In this document: in pieces, positions 15,181 to 23,801 of the stretch
How the letters are laid out: every line of letters begins with the position of its first letter
How positions within the stretch are numbered: the stretch's first letter is position 1
IMG/VR virus record: IMGVR_UViG_3300045589_000107
Direction: 5' to 3' (one strand)
Length of the DNA: 41,305 nt
Source: a virus
Position numbers and translations under genes: made by a program
The notes under the pieces: generated by a model
The model's input: the letters and a program-made list of their open reading frames with translations, nothing else
Database searches by the model: none
Told to the model about the DNA's origin: nothing

Positions 15181-15667
15181 GGTCACCATCGCCAATAAAA
15201 AGCCGTACTATCAACAAAATAACGGCCATTTGCCGCAGCGGCCGCCTGAGCATTTGGGGAAAACGGCTGCGGCTATGTGGCGCAAAGTGGTCCCCTTTAT
15301 AGAGACGCATACGCCGGCTGAACGCATTGACTCCAGCCTAGTAGAAGCATACTGCACTCAGTACGAGATCTATCGAGCGGCATATCAGTCAATTGCCAAA
15401 GACGGGATCCAGACGCCAATTTACAAAACGCTCCAGGATTCTAGCGGTTCGATAGTTGGCAAGGATTTCCTAGGCTTTAAGCGCAACCCGGCGACGAGCG
15501 TATATAACGACGCTTTGAAACAGCTCAATTCGGTTGGCTCTGAGCTTGGCTTGTCGCCCAAGAGTCGAGCAGAACTCGCCAAGATTAAGCCAGACGACGA
15601 TAAGCCGGACATTTCGGAGGCCATGGCTAAATTTCTGAATGGAGGCGACGAACACGAAAAGAATTGA
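15110..15667 (+). CDS. terS: Terminase small subunit, P27 family
   Basis: LGKTAAAMWRKVVPFI...EAYCTQYEIYRAAYQSI...LGLSPKSRAELAKI. The start is unresolved: the best SD (AGGAGG 15174..15179) precedes an in-frame ATC at 15188, and the upstream ATGs lack an SD. Confidence 0.8.
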   Translation: MWRNLSPNFLGMGGHHPYHPRKEAVTIANKKPYYQQNNGHLPQRPPEHLGKTAAAMWRKVVPFIETHTPAERIDSSLVEAYCTQYEIYRAAYQSIAKDGIQTPIYKTLQDSSGSIVGKDFLGFKRNPATSVYNDALKQLNSVGSELGLSPKSRAELAKIKPDDDKPDISEAMAKFLNGGDEHEKN

Positions 15668-17552
15668 TCTCACCCAGTCCCATGACGTGACCGGTGCTTA
15701 CCATTCCGAGGATTACGACGACGTGCGCCAGCGATTTGACGACGCCGGGACGCGCTATGCGTTCGATGTGCTGGACGGCAAAGAAGAAACCGGGTATCTT
15801 ATCAAGCTCGCCGCGTTGCGCCACGTGCGTGACTTGCAACGGTATCTGGATGGTGCCAAGCAGTTTCCATACCGCTATGACCTGAATAAGGTGCGTAATA
15901 TCCTCAACTTCGCCGCCGTTTGCCCGGACGTGGATACCGGCGAACCCAGCAAGCTCATGCCATGGCAGAAATTTATTCTTGCTCAGCTCATTGGCTGGCG
16001 CAACGGCGATGGTGGCAAACGATTCAGTCGGGCCATTGTGAGCGTCGCGCGTGGCCAAGGGAAAACATATCTGATGGCAATCATTGCGTGCTACTCGTTT
16101 CTGATTGAGAGCTTCGGCCTGAGCAACCAGGATTATCTGGTAGCGTCCATCAATTACAAGCAGACCAGTAAGATTCTCGGCTACATTAAGACGATGCTGC
16201 GCAAGGTTCTAGATGTGGAACCATTTTCCACGCTCGCCGACACAGTTGGCCTGAGCAAGGACAGCCTCGGCAGTCAGTCGGATCAGATTGTCATGCGTAA
16301 GACCAATAATATTCTCCGGGCAATCAGCCACGAGTCCGGGCAATATGATAGTTTCCATTTCACCACGGCCATTTTTGATGAAATTGGCGAGATTGAAACG
16401 CGGGCGAAAATAAGCAAGATTGTCAGCGGCCAAATCAAGGTCAAGAACCGCCAGTTTATCCAGATCTCCACAGCATATCCAAAGCCCGGCGTGCCATTCC
16501 ACGAAGATGAAAAGATGATTCAGCAGGCCATGGAGCAAGACTACAAACGGGACGCTGACACATATCTGGGCTTAATTTGGGCGCAAGACAGCCTGGATGA
16601 AACGTTTAAGCCGGCCACCTGGGTCAAGAGCAATCCACTACTGAATTTGCCCAGCCAGCATGACGTATTAATGCAAGGACTGACCGATAAGCGAGATAGC
16701 GATGAGCTGTCCAGCAATATTGGTGACTTTCAAAATAAAAATCTCAACATGTGGCTTCAGGAAGCCCAGGACAGTTACCTCAAACTGGCCGATATTGAGC
16801 GGTCTATTATCCCCAAGTTCGACATGACCGGACGCGATGTCTACATCGGCTTCGACTACTCCATGTTTTCGGACAATACGGCCATCGGGTTTGTGTTTCC
16901 CTATTTGGACGGCGACAACAAGCACTGGTTTATTTACGAACACTCGTTCATTCCATGGCAGAAGGCTGGTTCCATTGAAGCCAAAGAAAAGCAGGACGGC
17001 ATTGCTTACAGGGAACTGGCCAAGACCGGTTACTGCACGATCACCAGTCACCCAGAAGGTATCATCGTGGATGATGAGGTCTATCACTGGCTGATGGCTT
17101 TTACTGAAAGCCACAAGCTCAACGTATTGGCCTTTGGGTATGACGCCTGGGGCGCAACAAACCTGACTAAGGCCGTAGATAGTAACAGCGGCTGGAACGT
17201 TTTGCCTGTGCCACAGAATACCAAAGAGCTCAAAGACCCGACTAAGTTTCTGCAAACCGCATTTATTACGGGGCAAATCAAGCGATTTGATGACAAAATC
17301 ATGGAGAAAGCGCTGCTTAATGCCCAAATCAAAGAGGATAAGGTCGGTATCCAGGTAGATAAGGCCAAAGCTACGCTCAAAATCGATGTCGTGGACGCCT
17401 TAATCGATGCTTTGTACCAGGGCATGTATCACTTCGAAGATTATGGTATTGCCAACGACCGCACAAAGGAGGTCGACCTTATGACTCCAGATAAGCTCAA
17501 GAAGATGATCGACGAGGGCAACTTCGGGTTCGGAGGTGATTCCATTGGTTAA
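15639..17552 (+). CDS. terL: Terminase large subunit
   Basis: 637 aa, with the typical Terminase_1 architecture (VARGQGKTYL Walker A-like, IFDEIGE). Follows TerS with an overlap. Confidence 0.93.
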   Translation: MEATNTKRIDLTQSHDVTGAYHSEDYDDVRQRFDDAGTRYAFDVLDGKEETGYLIKLAALRHVRDLQRYLDGAKQFPYRYDLNKVRNILNFAAVCPDVDTGEPSKLMPWQKFILAQLIGWRNGDGGKRFSRAIVSVARGQGKTYLMAIIACYSFLIESFGLSNQDYLVASINYKQTSKILGYIKTMLRKVLDVEPFSTLADTVGLSKDSLGSQSDQIVMRKTNNILRAISHESGQYDSFHFTTAIFDEIGEIETRAKISKIVSGQIKVKNRQFIQISTAYPKPGVPFHEDEKMIQQAMEQDYKRDADTYLGLIWAQDSLDETFKPATWVKSNPLLNLPSQHDVLMQGLTDKRDSDELSSNIGDFQNKNLNMWLQEAQDSYLKLADIERSIIPKFDMTGRDVYIGFDYSMFSDNTAIGFVFPYLDGDNKHWFIYEHSFIPWQKAGSIEAKEKQDGIAYRELAKTGYCTITSHPEGIIVDDEVYHWLMAFTESHKLNVLAFGYDAWGATNLTKAVDSNSGWNVLPVPQNTKELKDPTKFLQTAFITGQIKRFDDKIMEKALLNAQIKEDKVGIQVDKAKATLKIDVVDALIDALYQGMYHFEDYGIANDRTKEVDLMTPDKLKKMIDEGNFGFGGDSIG

Positions 17553-17745
17553 GAGATTCCGCCATTTATCCGGGCTCACCATTGCATTTGTCATTGCCAA
17601 CCTACAAACGCTGCTATTCCTTGCTGGATGCGGCGTTTTTGTCTGGGCAATGTACGGCATCACTAGGACGGCTGGCAACTTGTCCATTGCCGGTGTGCTG
17701 CTACTCATTGCCGTGCTTATGGATCGCGCCAAAGGAGGCGATTAA
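17536..17745 (+). CDS. Small membrane protein between terminase and portal
   Basis: Two hydrophobic segments. The start is likely TTG 17545, 8 nt after GGAGG. Confidence 0.5.
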   Translation: MIPLVKRFRHLSGLTIAFVIANLQTLLFLAGCGVFVWAMYGITRTAGNLSIAGVLLLIAVLMDRAKGGD

Positions 17746-18927
17746 TTGTTGTTTGATTTTCTTGCCCCGAAAGTTCGGGGCCAAACGCCACAGTACCAAC
17801 AGATTTTGGAGTCAGTCGGTGAGGATAGCTTCGGTGGTCTCATTGCCGATCCCAAAAGTTATGTGAGCGCCCAAAAGGCACTGCAAAACTCTGACCTGTA
17901 CGCCACGATTTACCAGTTGTCCGCTGACTTGGCGACTTGCTATATGACCAGCCAGCAGCCACGGACCCAGGCGTTATTGGACAATCCCACAACCACCACG
18001 AACCGTCAGGCGTTCTGGCAGTCCATGACAGCCCAACTTTTGCTGGACGGCAACGCCTACGCCTACATCTGGCGGAATCAGCTCACCGGACAACCAGTGC
18101 GTTTGGAGTATCTGCGTCCGTCCCAAGTATCTGTTTATTTGCTTGATGATGGGACGGCGCTAACCTACAACCTCAGCTTTGACGAACCCAGTGTCGGCAT
18201 GCTCAACAATGTTCCACAGTCTGACATTCTTCATTTCCGATTGATGGGCGTGGGCAATGGTGGCCAAGTCGGCCGCTCACCGCTTCTGGCACTGCAAAGT
18301 GAGCTCAACATCAAAGACAATTCAAACAGCCTAACGCTCGCGGCACTGGCCAAGATGATCACGTCCAACGGTGTGCTGACCGTTAAAAATGGTTCGGCGT
18401 TGAGTGCCAAAGAAAAAGCGGCGATGTCCAATGGTTTTATGCAGCAGGCCCTTAGCAATAAAGGGCCAGTCGTCATCGACGACCTGACCACCTATGGCCC
18501 ATTGCAACTTAACAACGATGTGAGCAAGCTCCTGGCGTCAACTGACTGGACCAGTAAGCAAATCGCCAAGACATACAACATCCCCGACAGTTACCTCAAT
18601 GGCCAAGGCGACCAGCAATCCAGTCTGAGCATGATCGAGGGCATGTATGCCAACTCCCTCAACCGTTACGCACAGGCAATTGCCAGTGAGCTCAACAACA
18701 AGTTCGCGGCTCATATTGACGTGGATATTCAGCCGGCCATTGATCAGGATCGGAGCAGCTATTTAGCAGCCGTTGGGGGGGCTGTCAAAAACGGCGCGCT
18801 TTCTGGCAACCAATCCGACTTTTTGCTTCGCCGAGTTGGTTTCTTGCCAGACGATGCGCCTAAGCTCAATCCAGACCAGTCTAACCTTAAAGGAGGTGAT
18901 ACGAATGGCAGTAACGGTACCAATTAA
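17746..18927 (+). CDS. Portal protein (HK97 family)
   Basis: 393 aa. TTG start follows AAAGGAGG. Positioned between terminase and protease. Confidence 0.9.
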   Translation: MLFDFLAPKVRGQTPQYQQILESVGEDSFGGLIADPKSYVSAQKALQNSDLYATIYQLSADLATCYMTSQQPRTQALLDNPTTTTNRQAFWQSMTAQLLLDGNAYAYIWRNQLTGQPVRLEYLRPSQVSVYLLDDGTALTYNLSFDEPSVGMLNNVPQSDILHFRLMGVGNGGQVGRSPLLALQSELNIKDNSNSLTLAALAKMITSNGVLTVKNGSALSAKEKAAMSNGFMQQALSNKGPVVIDDLTTYGPLQLNNDVSKLLASTDWTSKQIAKTYNIPDSYLNGQGDQQSSLSMIEGMYANSLNRYAQAIASELNNKFAAHIDVDIQPAIDQDRSSYLAAVGGAVKNGALSGNQSDFLLRRVGFLPDDAPKLNPDQSNLKGGDTNGSNGTN

Positions 18928-19627
18928 GGGCGTTATCTCCAGCGAGGACGACGCTGAAGTCTATCAGTTGTTTGGCTATTCTACCGTGACACCATCTGAC
19001 TTGGCTGGGGCGCTAGCTCAGGCCGGTGATCAGGCCGTTACCTTGGAAATTAATTCTCCGGGCGGCGATGTGTTTGCTGGCTCCGAGATGGCCACGGCTA
19101 TCAAGAATTACGCTGGCAAAGTCGAGGCCGACATCGTTGGCTTAGCAGCTTCTGCTGCATCTGTTGTCGCCTTGGCAGCCAATAAAGTCATGATGGCGCC
19201 TACTGCGCAGCTCATGATCCACCGGGCGGCAATGACCGCTGACGGCAATGTAGACGTTATGGATGGAGCCAGCCAAGCGCTTAACAGCATTGATCAGACC
19301 CTGGTGGACGTCTACACCGCTAAGACGGGCATGAGCCAAAGTGATGTCTATGCATTGATGGAAAAAGAGACGTGGCTGAATCCTAAGTCAGCCGTGGATA
19401 AGGGATTTGCGGACGGCATCATGTTTGCCGAGGCGCCGGTGGCGACAAATGCCACGCTGGTGATCAATCCCACGGCTATCGCCTCAGTCAAGCATCTCTT
19501 GGCGGAGGTCAAGTTGCCGAAAAAGACTATTGAAAAACAAGACACTCAACTCACTCCAAGCCAGCCAAAGGCCATCAGCCCGAAGCTGGCTTTGTTGTTG
19601 GGTATTAAAAATAAGGAGGCCAAATAA
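18905..19627 (+). CDS. ClpP-like head maturation protease
   Basis: ATG at 18905 follows AAAGGAGG. Sequence is INSPGGDVFAGSEM...GLAASAASVVALAANKVMMAPTAQLMIHR. Confidence 0.9.
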   Translation: MAVTVPIKGVISSEDDAEVYQLFGYSTVTPSDLAGALAQAGDQAVTLEINSPGGDVFAGSEMATAIKNYAGKVEADIVGLAASAASVVALAANKVMMAPTAQLMIHRAAMTADGNVDVMDGASQALNSIDQTLVDVYTAKTGMSQSDVYALMEKETWLNPKSAVDKGFADGIMFAEAPVATNATLVINPTAIASVKHLLAEVKLPKKTIEKQDTQLTPSQPKAISPKLALLLGIKNKEAK

Positions 19628-20871
19628 TGGCTAGTGTAAACGATTTAAACACCGCATGGATTTCAGCGGGGCAAAAGGTAACTGATTTGCAAGACAAGTC
19701 GCAAAAAATGGCAGTCGCCTTGGCATCTGACCCGTCCACTTATACGGAAGATGACGTTAAGAAAGTAACGGATGATTTGAAGGCTGCTAAGACCGCTCGA
19801 GACTTTGCAAAGTCAGCGTTGGATGACGCTAAAGCTGAAGCAGAGGCAGAGAAACCAACTAATATTGCTGGAAAGAAAGTGAACATTTTACCAGAAAAGA
19901 ATCCGGCAAAAGATTTTGTTCACAATTTTGTAGATTTGGCTACGGGCAAGAAGCAGATTACGGATTTAGTCACTTCTGGCAATACTGACGGTGATACGTC
20001 TAACGCAGGGCTGACGATCCCGCCTGATGTTCAGACTAACATCAATCAACTAAAACGGCAGTACGCTTCTCTTGAACAGTATGTAAAGGTTGAGAACGTT
20101 TCTACCCCAACCGGATCACGTGTGTATGAGCCTTTTGAAACGATCACACCATTGGCAAACCTTGACGATGAAAATGGTTTGATTGGCGACAACGATGATC
20201 CCAAGCTGGCACAAGTCAAATACACCATCCACCGGTATGCTGGCATTTCTACAATGCCGAATACTTTGCTCAATGATAGCGATCAAAATATTCAAGCGTG
20301 GATTGAACAATTTGTTTCCCGCAAGGATGTTGTAACACGTAACGGCGTCATCATCTCAGCAATGAACAACGCTCCTAAGAAGCCGACCATTGCTAAGTTT
20401 GACGACATTTTGGATATGATCTACACAGCTGTTGACCCGGCTATCCAGTCCACATCGATTTTGATGACCAATGTTAGCGGGTTCGCACAGCTGGCAAAGG
20501 TCAAGGACGCCATGGGCCAGTATCTCATTCAGGCCAACGTTGTTCCTGACATGCCTTACAGCATTCGTGGCCATCAGGTGGTTGTCATCTCTGATCGTTG
20601 GCTGCCAAGCACAGGCACCGCTGCTGCACCAGTTTATCCACTGTATTATGGCGATCTCTCTCAGGCCGCGACACTGTTTGACCGTCAGCAGATGAGCTTG
20701 GTTGTCACCAACATTGGCGCTGGTGCGTTTGAGCATGATCAGACTAAGCTGCGTGTCATCGACCGCTTCGATGTGCAAGCAACTGATGCCGATGCCTTTG
20801 TTGCTGGGTCCTTCTCTGCAATTGCTGACCAGCAAGCAAACTTTGCTGCCAGCACGACATCTGGCAATTAA
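19627..20871 (+). CDS. Major capsid protein (HK97 fold) with an N-terminal coiled-coil delta domain
   Basis: 414 aa, immediately after the protease. RBS AAGGAGG. Confidence 0.9.
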   Translation: MASVNDLNTAWISAGQKVTDLQDKSQKMAVALASDPSTYTEDDVKKVTDDLKAAKTARDFAKSALDDAKAEAEAEKPTNIAGKKVNILPEKNPAKDFVHNFVDLATGKKQITDLVTSGNTDGDTSNAGLTIPPDVQTNINQLKRQYASLEQYVKVENVSTPTGSRVYEPFETITPLANLDDENGLIGDNDDPKLAQVKYTIHRYAGISTMPNTLLNDSDQNIQAWIEQFVSRKDVVTRNGVIISAMNNAPKKPTIAKFDDILDMIYTAVDPAIQSTSILMTNVSGFAQLAKVKDAMGQYLIQANVVPDMPYSIRGHQVVVISDRWLPSTGTAAAPVYPLYYGDLSQAATLFDRQQMSLVVTNIGAGAFEHDQTKLRVIDRFDVQATDADAFVAGSFSAIADQQANFAASTTSGN

Positions 20872-20943
20872 TACGACATGGTCGCTTAAGAAATACACAG
20901 TGCGCTGTTGATTCAGCGGGCGGCTGATAAAGGAGACGATTAA

Positions 20944-21252
20944 ATGGCTGATGATGGCGGCTTCCAATCTGGAATTGTTGATGACCTGATGACGGAGCTT
21001 AATCTTGATGAGGCCGAGAAAACAACAATCACAAACTTGGTTGCTGGCGCTACGGGAGTGGTTACAAGCTCAGTGGGGGTACTTGATGAGACCGATCCGA
21101 TTGCCAAGCTCGCCATTAAAACAATGGCTACCCAGCAATACTATGATCGAGCCCTAGAAAACGGGCTGTCGCAAGGCGTTTTGATGATGTTGCTTCATTT
21201 GCAGGCCAATCAGCCAACTAATTCGGATAGTGGTGATACTGATGGCAATTAA
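20944..21252 (+). CDS. Head-tail connector (gp6-like)
   Basis: 102 aa. Position and size fit; RBS AAAGGAGA. Confidence 0.7.
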   Translation: MADDGGFQSGIVDDLMTELNLDEAEKTTITNLVAGATGVVTSSVGVLDETDPIAKLAIKTMATQQYYDRALENGLSQGVLMMLLHLQANQPTNSDSGDTDGN

Positions 21253-21586
21253 TTTTAAGCCAAGCGATTTCAGCCGGACCGTTGAGCTTGGCGTGCCGCA
21301 GTCACATCGCACAGGTGCTGGGCTGAACATTTCAACATTTGTTCCTGCATATACGCTGCATTACAGGCAGCAGAAACGAACGCTCACCCAGCAGTACACG
21401 CTTGTAGGCACGCGCTTGGATAACTCAATCACGATCATCACTCGGCATGATACTAGGAATGCTGCGCAGAAGCAGGCACGCCTTGATGGTGTGGTATATG
21501 ACATTGCCGATGTTTCTCCTGACGACAGCAATGATGCCATCCGGTACGATTATCTGACCCTCACGAAGATTACCAAGGGGGCGTAG
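21242..21586 (+). CDS. Head closure / head-tail adaptor protein
   Basis: ATG at 21242 overlaps the previous stop. About 114 aa, in the syntenic position. Confidence 0.7.
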   Translation: MAINFKPSDFSRTVELGVPQSHRTGAGLNISTFVPAYTLHYRQQKRTLTQQYTLVGTRLDNSITIITRHDTRNAAQKQARLDGVVYDIADVSPDDSNDAIRYDYLTLTKITKGA

Positions 21587-21588
21587 CA

Positions 21589-22008
21589 ATGGATATGAGC
21601 GAAGCGCTTGATCAGTGGCTGAAACAGGTGTCTAAAGCTGCGCAGCTGAGTATCACAGACCAGGAAAAAATAACAAAAGCAGGAGCCGATGTGTTGGCAG
21701 ACCGGTTGAGAGAAGCCACTAAGGCTAAACACCCCGATACTAAAGGTAATGGCGGTAAGTATGGGCACTTGTCCGACAACATAATCAGTGCCAAAGGTGA
21801 CATTGACAGGGAACACAATGGTACGTCAACTACTGGTTTTGGTGATAAAGCCTTTGTTGCTAGATTTTTGAATGATGGGACAAAAACAATTCGCGGCGAT
21901 CATTTTGTTGATAATGCCAGAGACGACGCCAAAGATGCCGTATTTACAGCTGAAGCTGAGGAGTATCAGGCCATTATCGCCAAGCTGAACGGTGGTGGAG
22001 ACAAATGA
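21589..22008 (+). CDS. HK97 gp10-family tail component
   Basis: 139 aa. LNDGTKTIRGDHFVDNA is typical of the gp10 family. Confidence 0.75.
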   Translation: MDMSEALDQWLKQVSKAAQLSITDQEKITKAGADVLADRLREATKAKHPDTKGNGGKYGHLSDNIISAKGDIDREHNGTSTTGFGDKAFVARFLNDGTKTIRGDHFVDNARDDAKDAVFTAEAEEYQAIIAKLNGGGDK

Positions 22009-22376
22009 GTGCGGTAGATGATGCAGTGACGCTGATTAATCAAGCCAATATCACGGGAATTGACGCGGTTTATGGCAACAATCTACCCCAAGAAGCTGTT
22101 GATAACATCAATTCTACTATTGTTTTGGTTACTGATTCTGCCAATGATCCAGCCAGCTATGGCAATGATGACTTTTGGGCATTGAATCAGGAAGTAGAAG
22201 TACAGATTTGGTACTCACATGAGCTTGAAACTGATCCAGAGACCATCGAGATAGCCATGATGAAGGCGTTCACCCACCAATATTGGCAAGTAGCAGCAGT
22301 CAGGCAACGCACACTAGACCCTGACACGCAGCAGTTGAGCAACACGTTCTATTTCAGCAGGACAAAAAACATTTAA
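22005..22376 (+). CDS. Tail completion/terminator-like protein
   Basis: 123 aa, in the syntenic position before the major tail gene. Confidence 0.65.
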   Translation: MSAVDDAVTLINQANITGIDAVYGNNLPQEAVDNINSTIVLVTDSANDPASYGNDDFWALNQEVEVQIWYSHELETDPETIEIAMMKAFTHQYWQVAAVRQRTLDPDTQQLSNTFYFSRTKNI

Positions 22377-22388
22377 GGAGACGATTTA

Positions 22389-23024
22389 ATGGCAACAGTA
22401 GGGCTTTACCAAATCCAGATGGCACTGGTTGATGAATTACAAAAACTGATCTCTGGCACGGGCACGGGTTTGGGAACAGATGGGATTTACACCGTTGATC
22501 ACAAAGATTTAGGTACAAAGACAGCCAACATCACTGGCTTAGCAGGAACCATTACTAAGATTTATGGCAACAACAACGTTCAAGACGTTACGGTCGGAAC
22601 TTCAGAACCGTCAGTAGCCTTGGACATTAACAACTTGGACTACGCAATCAAGCAACAAATCAAAGGGTTTGTCAGTGATAGCAAGGGTGGCTATACAGAT
22701 GAGAACTTGAAGGCTCATGTGGCTTTGTTAATTACCACACAAACAATTGATCGGGTGCACTTTGTTTACTATGGCTTTGGTGACGGTATTATGACCGAAA
22801 CAGCAGCCAACATTCAGACTGACGCAGCAGCCGAACAACGTGTGGATGATGCTCTGACTTACACAGCGCTCTCCACTGCGGCTTTCAACAATCAGCCATA
22901 CAAGATTTACAGCGACCTGGATAGTAATTTTGACAAGGCCAACATGTACAAAGAGGTGTTTGGTGGATATGTACTTCCCACAACGCCTGCTGGTGGTTCA
23001 GACAGCGGTACAGTTGGTGGTTAA
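22389..23024 (+). CDS. Major tail protein
   Basis: 211 aa. RBS AAGGAGA. Followed by a 200-bp spacer and the chaperone genes. Confidence 0.85.
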   Translation: MATVGLYQIQMALVDELQKLISGTGTGLGTDGIYTVDHKDLGTKTANITGLAGTITKIYGNNNVQDVTVGTSEPSVALDINNLDYAIKQQIKGFVSDSKGGYTDENLKAHVALLITTQTIDRVHFVYYGFGDGIMTETAANIQTDAAAEQRVDDALTYTALSTAAFNNQPYKIYSDLDSNFDKANMYKEVFGGYVLPTTPAGGSDSGTVGG

Positions 23025-23224
23025 GGCAGCGGTACGCAAGGCTAGTTACAAATAGTTAGTGCTGAGAAGCCGATTCTAAGGGCCAACTAAACAATAAGAC
23101 GAATGAGTTATACAGTAGCGAGCACTAGAATGACGAGCTCAACGCAGCCGGTAGCAGCACACTCATTGGGGCAGGTCCAATGGCCGGCATTTTTTAATAC
23201 TTAAAAAAAGGATGGATAGCACAC

Positions 23225-23581
23225 ATGAAAATTAAAGCAACGGCAATTAGCAACAAGGAACACGAGGTGAAGACCAGCAACAAGAACATGGAAAAGATGT
23301 ATGATCTTCAGCTCAAAATGGCAACATCTGATGATATTGCAGAAAAGGAACCAGTTGAAATCATCAAAACTCAAAGAGACATGATTCATGGCGCAATTGA
23401 TTTCTTGACTACTGTATTAGGGCTGGACAAAAAGGAACAAGATAAGCTGGCTGATATGGACTTCAAAGAGACTTTGGAAACAGTCAATTATGTATTTGAG
23501 CGCATGATGGGCATGTCTGATGAGGACATTGACCTGGCTAAGAAAAAGAGTGAGGCAGCCGACAAAAGTAAAGAGGGTTAG
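23225..23581 (+). CDS. Tail assembly chaperone (gpG-like)
   Basis: 118-aa acidic protein directly upstream of the tape measure gene. Confidence 0.8.
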   Translation: MKIKATAISNKEHEVKTSNKNMEKMYDLQLKMATSDDIAEKEPVEIIKTQRDMIHGAIDFLTTVLGLDKKEQDKLADMDFKETLETVNYVFERMMGMSDEDIDLAKKKSEAADKSKEG

Positions 23582-23795
23582 TCCCCCTGAACGTGTTTAT
23601 GAGCTACAAAACAGGCTGGAAGACTTTCGGTTGATGAAAAAACAATCGGCCATGTATTTTCACTGGTCTATGCAGGCCTATGACGATGCCGATTACTACG
23701 AAATGATGGAAATGATGTCATCCCGCGAGACAAAGGACCGTCCAGTTGACCCAGGCAAGATGTGGCAACAATACAACGAGACAAAGAAAGGGTGA
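23520..23795 (+). CDS. Tail assembly chaperone extension (gpT-like), reached by a frameshift into the +1 frame
   Basis: An open frame overlaps the end of 23225..23581 and is offset by +1 (23520-23225 = 295). It has no RBS of its own and ends 7 nt before the TMP start. Confidence 0.6.
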   Translation: MRTLTWLRKRVRQPTKVKRVSPPERVYELQNRLEDFRLMKKQSAMYFHWSMQAYDDADYYEMMEMMSSRETKDRPVDPGKMWQQYNETKKG

Positions 23796-23801
23796 TGTAT
23801 A

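Noticed and set aside
16668-17327. 219-aa - strand ORF inside terL, and similar long antisense ORFs (20356..20967 in the capsid gene; 2868..3404; 7802..8390; 26793..27308; 32388..32867)
   Set aside because: They lie antisense to strongly supported genes, lack RBSs, and have biased compositions typical of shadow ORFs.
20860-20943. Frameshift-extended capsid protein
   Set aside because: No open alternative frame and no slippery site were found at the capsid 3' end.
23025-23224. Frameshift-extended major tail protein (as reported for some casei-group phages)
   Set aside because: Both alternative frames terminate within a few codons of the major tail stop, and no slippery heptamer is present.
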